From Dudresnaya verticillata (taxonomy: Eukaryota): 64,000 nt of DNA. A program made the translations under genes and the position numbers. Below the pieces are notes generated by a model. That model was not told the origin of the DNA. It was given only the letters and a program-made list of their open reading frames with translations, and searched no databases. Location: contig OZ374558.1 of assembly GCA_977862235.1 (NCBI GenBank), positions 1,736,001 through 1,800,000 on the forward strand, written 5' to 3'. Below are positions 61,901 to 64,000 of the stretch, piece after piece (the stretch's first letter is position 1; every line of letters begins with the position of its first letter).

Positions 61901-64000
61901 TCGACATGAAAGTATCGGTAACATATGTTTTTCTGATTGCTCTCCATATCTTAATGACGCCGGACAACGGTCTAGTACAGTTAGAGTTAGACTTTCTGCA
62001 TCGTTCCTTCCTCCTGAATTCTGTAACAGAGTGTTTGCCAATCGTGGAATGGGCCTGGTTGATCCTCCGAACCTGCTGGAGATCCCTACAAAACCTAAAT
62101 AAAGCTCTACTAATATCAACGCAATGTGGCTGAGCAAGCTGTTAAAGAGTCCACCCTTCCGCTGCCGAAACACCCCCGACCACTGATGGGCTTCCTACTG
62201 CCATGATGAACACAAAAGAATAAAGCTGTGCTACTTGAGTGAGTGCGTTGGGCCACAGCCCCGCGCTACTGGCGTCAACTGATCAGTCTATTCTCAAGAT
62301 ATCTACGATTTCCGGCGGGGAATTCGGCTGCAGATGCCGAAACACATACACCCAAAGCTTTGGTTGAGTACATTCTAATATCACTACGCTTTGCACAATT
62401 TTGGTAGCGTCACCAAGGCGATGAAGCACACATCTCGGGTTCTCTATGTGAGGTTTCGTCACTTCTCCGGTGTCACAAAATGGAACCGGCAAAATATGTT
62501 TGCAATGTTGTGGAGTGAGCGTCTAGCTACCAAACTGCTGTGTATGCAAGAGCACTCTGTGTTGACTGGTACGCCTTAAACCTGCACGCGGTTCGTTCCC
62601 AAGGAATGCCAAACTCTGGTATCAGCACATTCGACAGCTCAAGAGCCAGGGCCCTTATGCGATGCGAGGGGTTCATACTGTTATACTCTCACGCTGCGCG
62701 TAGCTTATGAGGCCTTCCGTGATCAGTCAAGACTCACATGGTCTCATCTTTTGTAGCACGTCAATGCATTGTTCATGTGGACAGTTTTCAAATGGACATT
62801 GTTCACATGGAAATAGGGGCAGGGCTTCTACCATCCAAATACACCGCTAATATTGGAATCCCATTGTTCCATCTCTTTCAAGATTGCATAGTCCTATCCA
62901 TCTCATCGACCTCAGCGACCTGAAGAACGTAAATATTGTGTTGCATCGATTAGAGGTCCTCGTTTCAATATTATTTCAATTCGTGACCCGCTCTGTGCAC
63001 ACCCACATACCTCAGGATATAGCCAACTTTCAAACATAGATATTGGATATCACAATACCACTTACTAATACTTTCATGCCCCATTGCGCCGACCACGTGC
63101 CAGGGTGCCAATTGCCAAAGGTCAAACATACAATAGCTGCAGCTGGCGGACGATCTGAGTTAAACAAGGAACGTAACTGCATGACGAACTGGCGACGTTG
63201 CTGTCTCCTGAGCCCTACGCCCACTACGTTCTACGGTTGCGCGAGGATGGCCCCAGCCGGATGAATAGCGATACGCTTCGGGAGTTGCTCTACATCCAAA
63301 TCTTCTAGGATCTAGACCACCTCTGAACCGACGCTGAGAGTCATATGCAGAAACGCGCTCCATGTTGCAGATCGCGCAGATCCCGCACTCGGCCAAGAGA
63401 GCGGAATCTTAAGTATGGCACAACGTGTGAACGCATGACGGCGACGGCGATGTTATATTGAGAATCGAACGGATCCCGTTTTCCGCTTGTGGCACAGTGC
63501 TCTCCGCAATGTTGCAGCGAAGAATGTGCTGCCGGATATCTTTCGAAAACGGAGTAGTTTTGTGGACCTTTCCGGCAGCGTCACAATTTCCTAAGACACG
63601 GCCAAAAGTAAATCAGAAATTCGTCTTGTACCCTGTTCTAGCACATCATGTAAGTTTGGGGACGGTGCAGTGCCGCAAGCTGGAAACATGACGAGCGGCG
63701 CATTGCGTGAGCGAAAATGTGAGCATTGTCGGGACGTGCGAGATGAGACGAGCCTCGCATGACCGCGCCGCCAGTACCTTCGAAGGTACACCGCACCTCA
63801 ACGGGATGCTTTCCTGAGATATGCAAGCCTTGTCGTCCTTATCGCGTTGAAGGCCCACAGTGGCATTCACATGCAGTCCAGTTTTCAACCTGTCTAATAG
63901 GCACTGTCAGGTCGTTCACAGAGCAAGGAGCCACCATGAAGATGGAACAGTGTGTGAGAACGTCGCCCTGCATGATTCAAACCACCCATAGTTCGTGAAA
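43948..64000. repeat. Tandem macrosatellite, 2682-bp unit, about 7.5 copies, continuing past the window end
   Basis: Identical ORF sets recur at 46634, 49316, 51998, 54684, 57374, 60056 and 62738 (spacings 2682, 2682, 2686, 2690, 2682, 2682). Confidence 0.98.

Noticed and set aside
43948..64000. rDNA, 5S or histone gene array
   Set aside because: No rRNA conserved motifs, tRNA-like structure or histone ORF recognisable in the 2682-bp unit

Overview
Eukaryotic, heterochromatin-like window made almost entirely of nested, mostly decayed retroelements and repeats. No rRNA, tRNA, CRISPR or clearly conserved host gene is recognisable. The element types resemble those of florideophyte red algae (inference only). 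From left to right: a ~2.5-kb dispersed repeat in inverted orientation (1990-4514 / 13171-15860, with a third, permuted copy at ~21350-22375); an old head-to-tail relic of a 2.68-kb repeat unit interrupted by a 5'-truncated LINE (7212-9624, TSD CACACA); two DIRS-type tyrosine-recombinase retrotransposon copies (10556-12288 partial, 24255-28393 near complete); tandem 3' fragments of a restriction-like-endonuclease (CRE-like) non-LTR element plus 18-43 bp tail-only insertions of the same family at three other sites, each with its own TSD; a full-length but frameshifted Copia (GalEa-like) LTR element (31111-38355) carrying a convergent antisense ORF with a papain-like Cys/His/Asp pattern; an (AAACCGT)n telomere-like tract; the 3' half of another LTR element with an antisense ORF and an 872-bp LTR; the 5' end of a second Copia; and a highly homogeneous tandem array of a 2682-bp unit (about 7.5 copies, ~43948 to the window end). 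The most notable observations are the Copia-borne antisense protease-like gene and the tail-only CRE-like insertions that reuse one target nick site.
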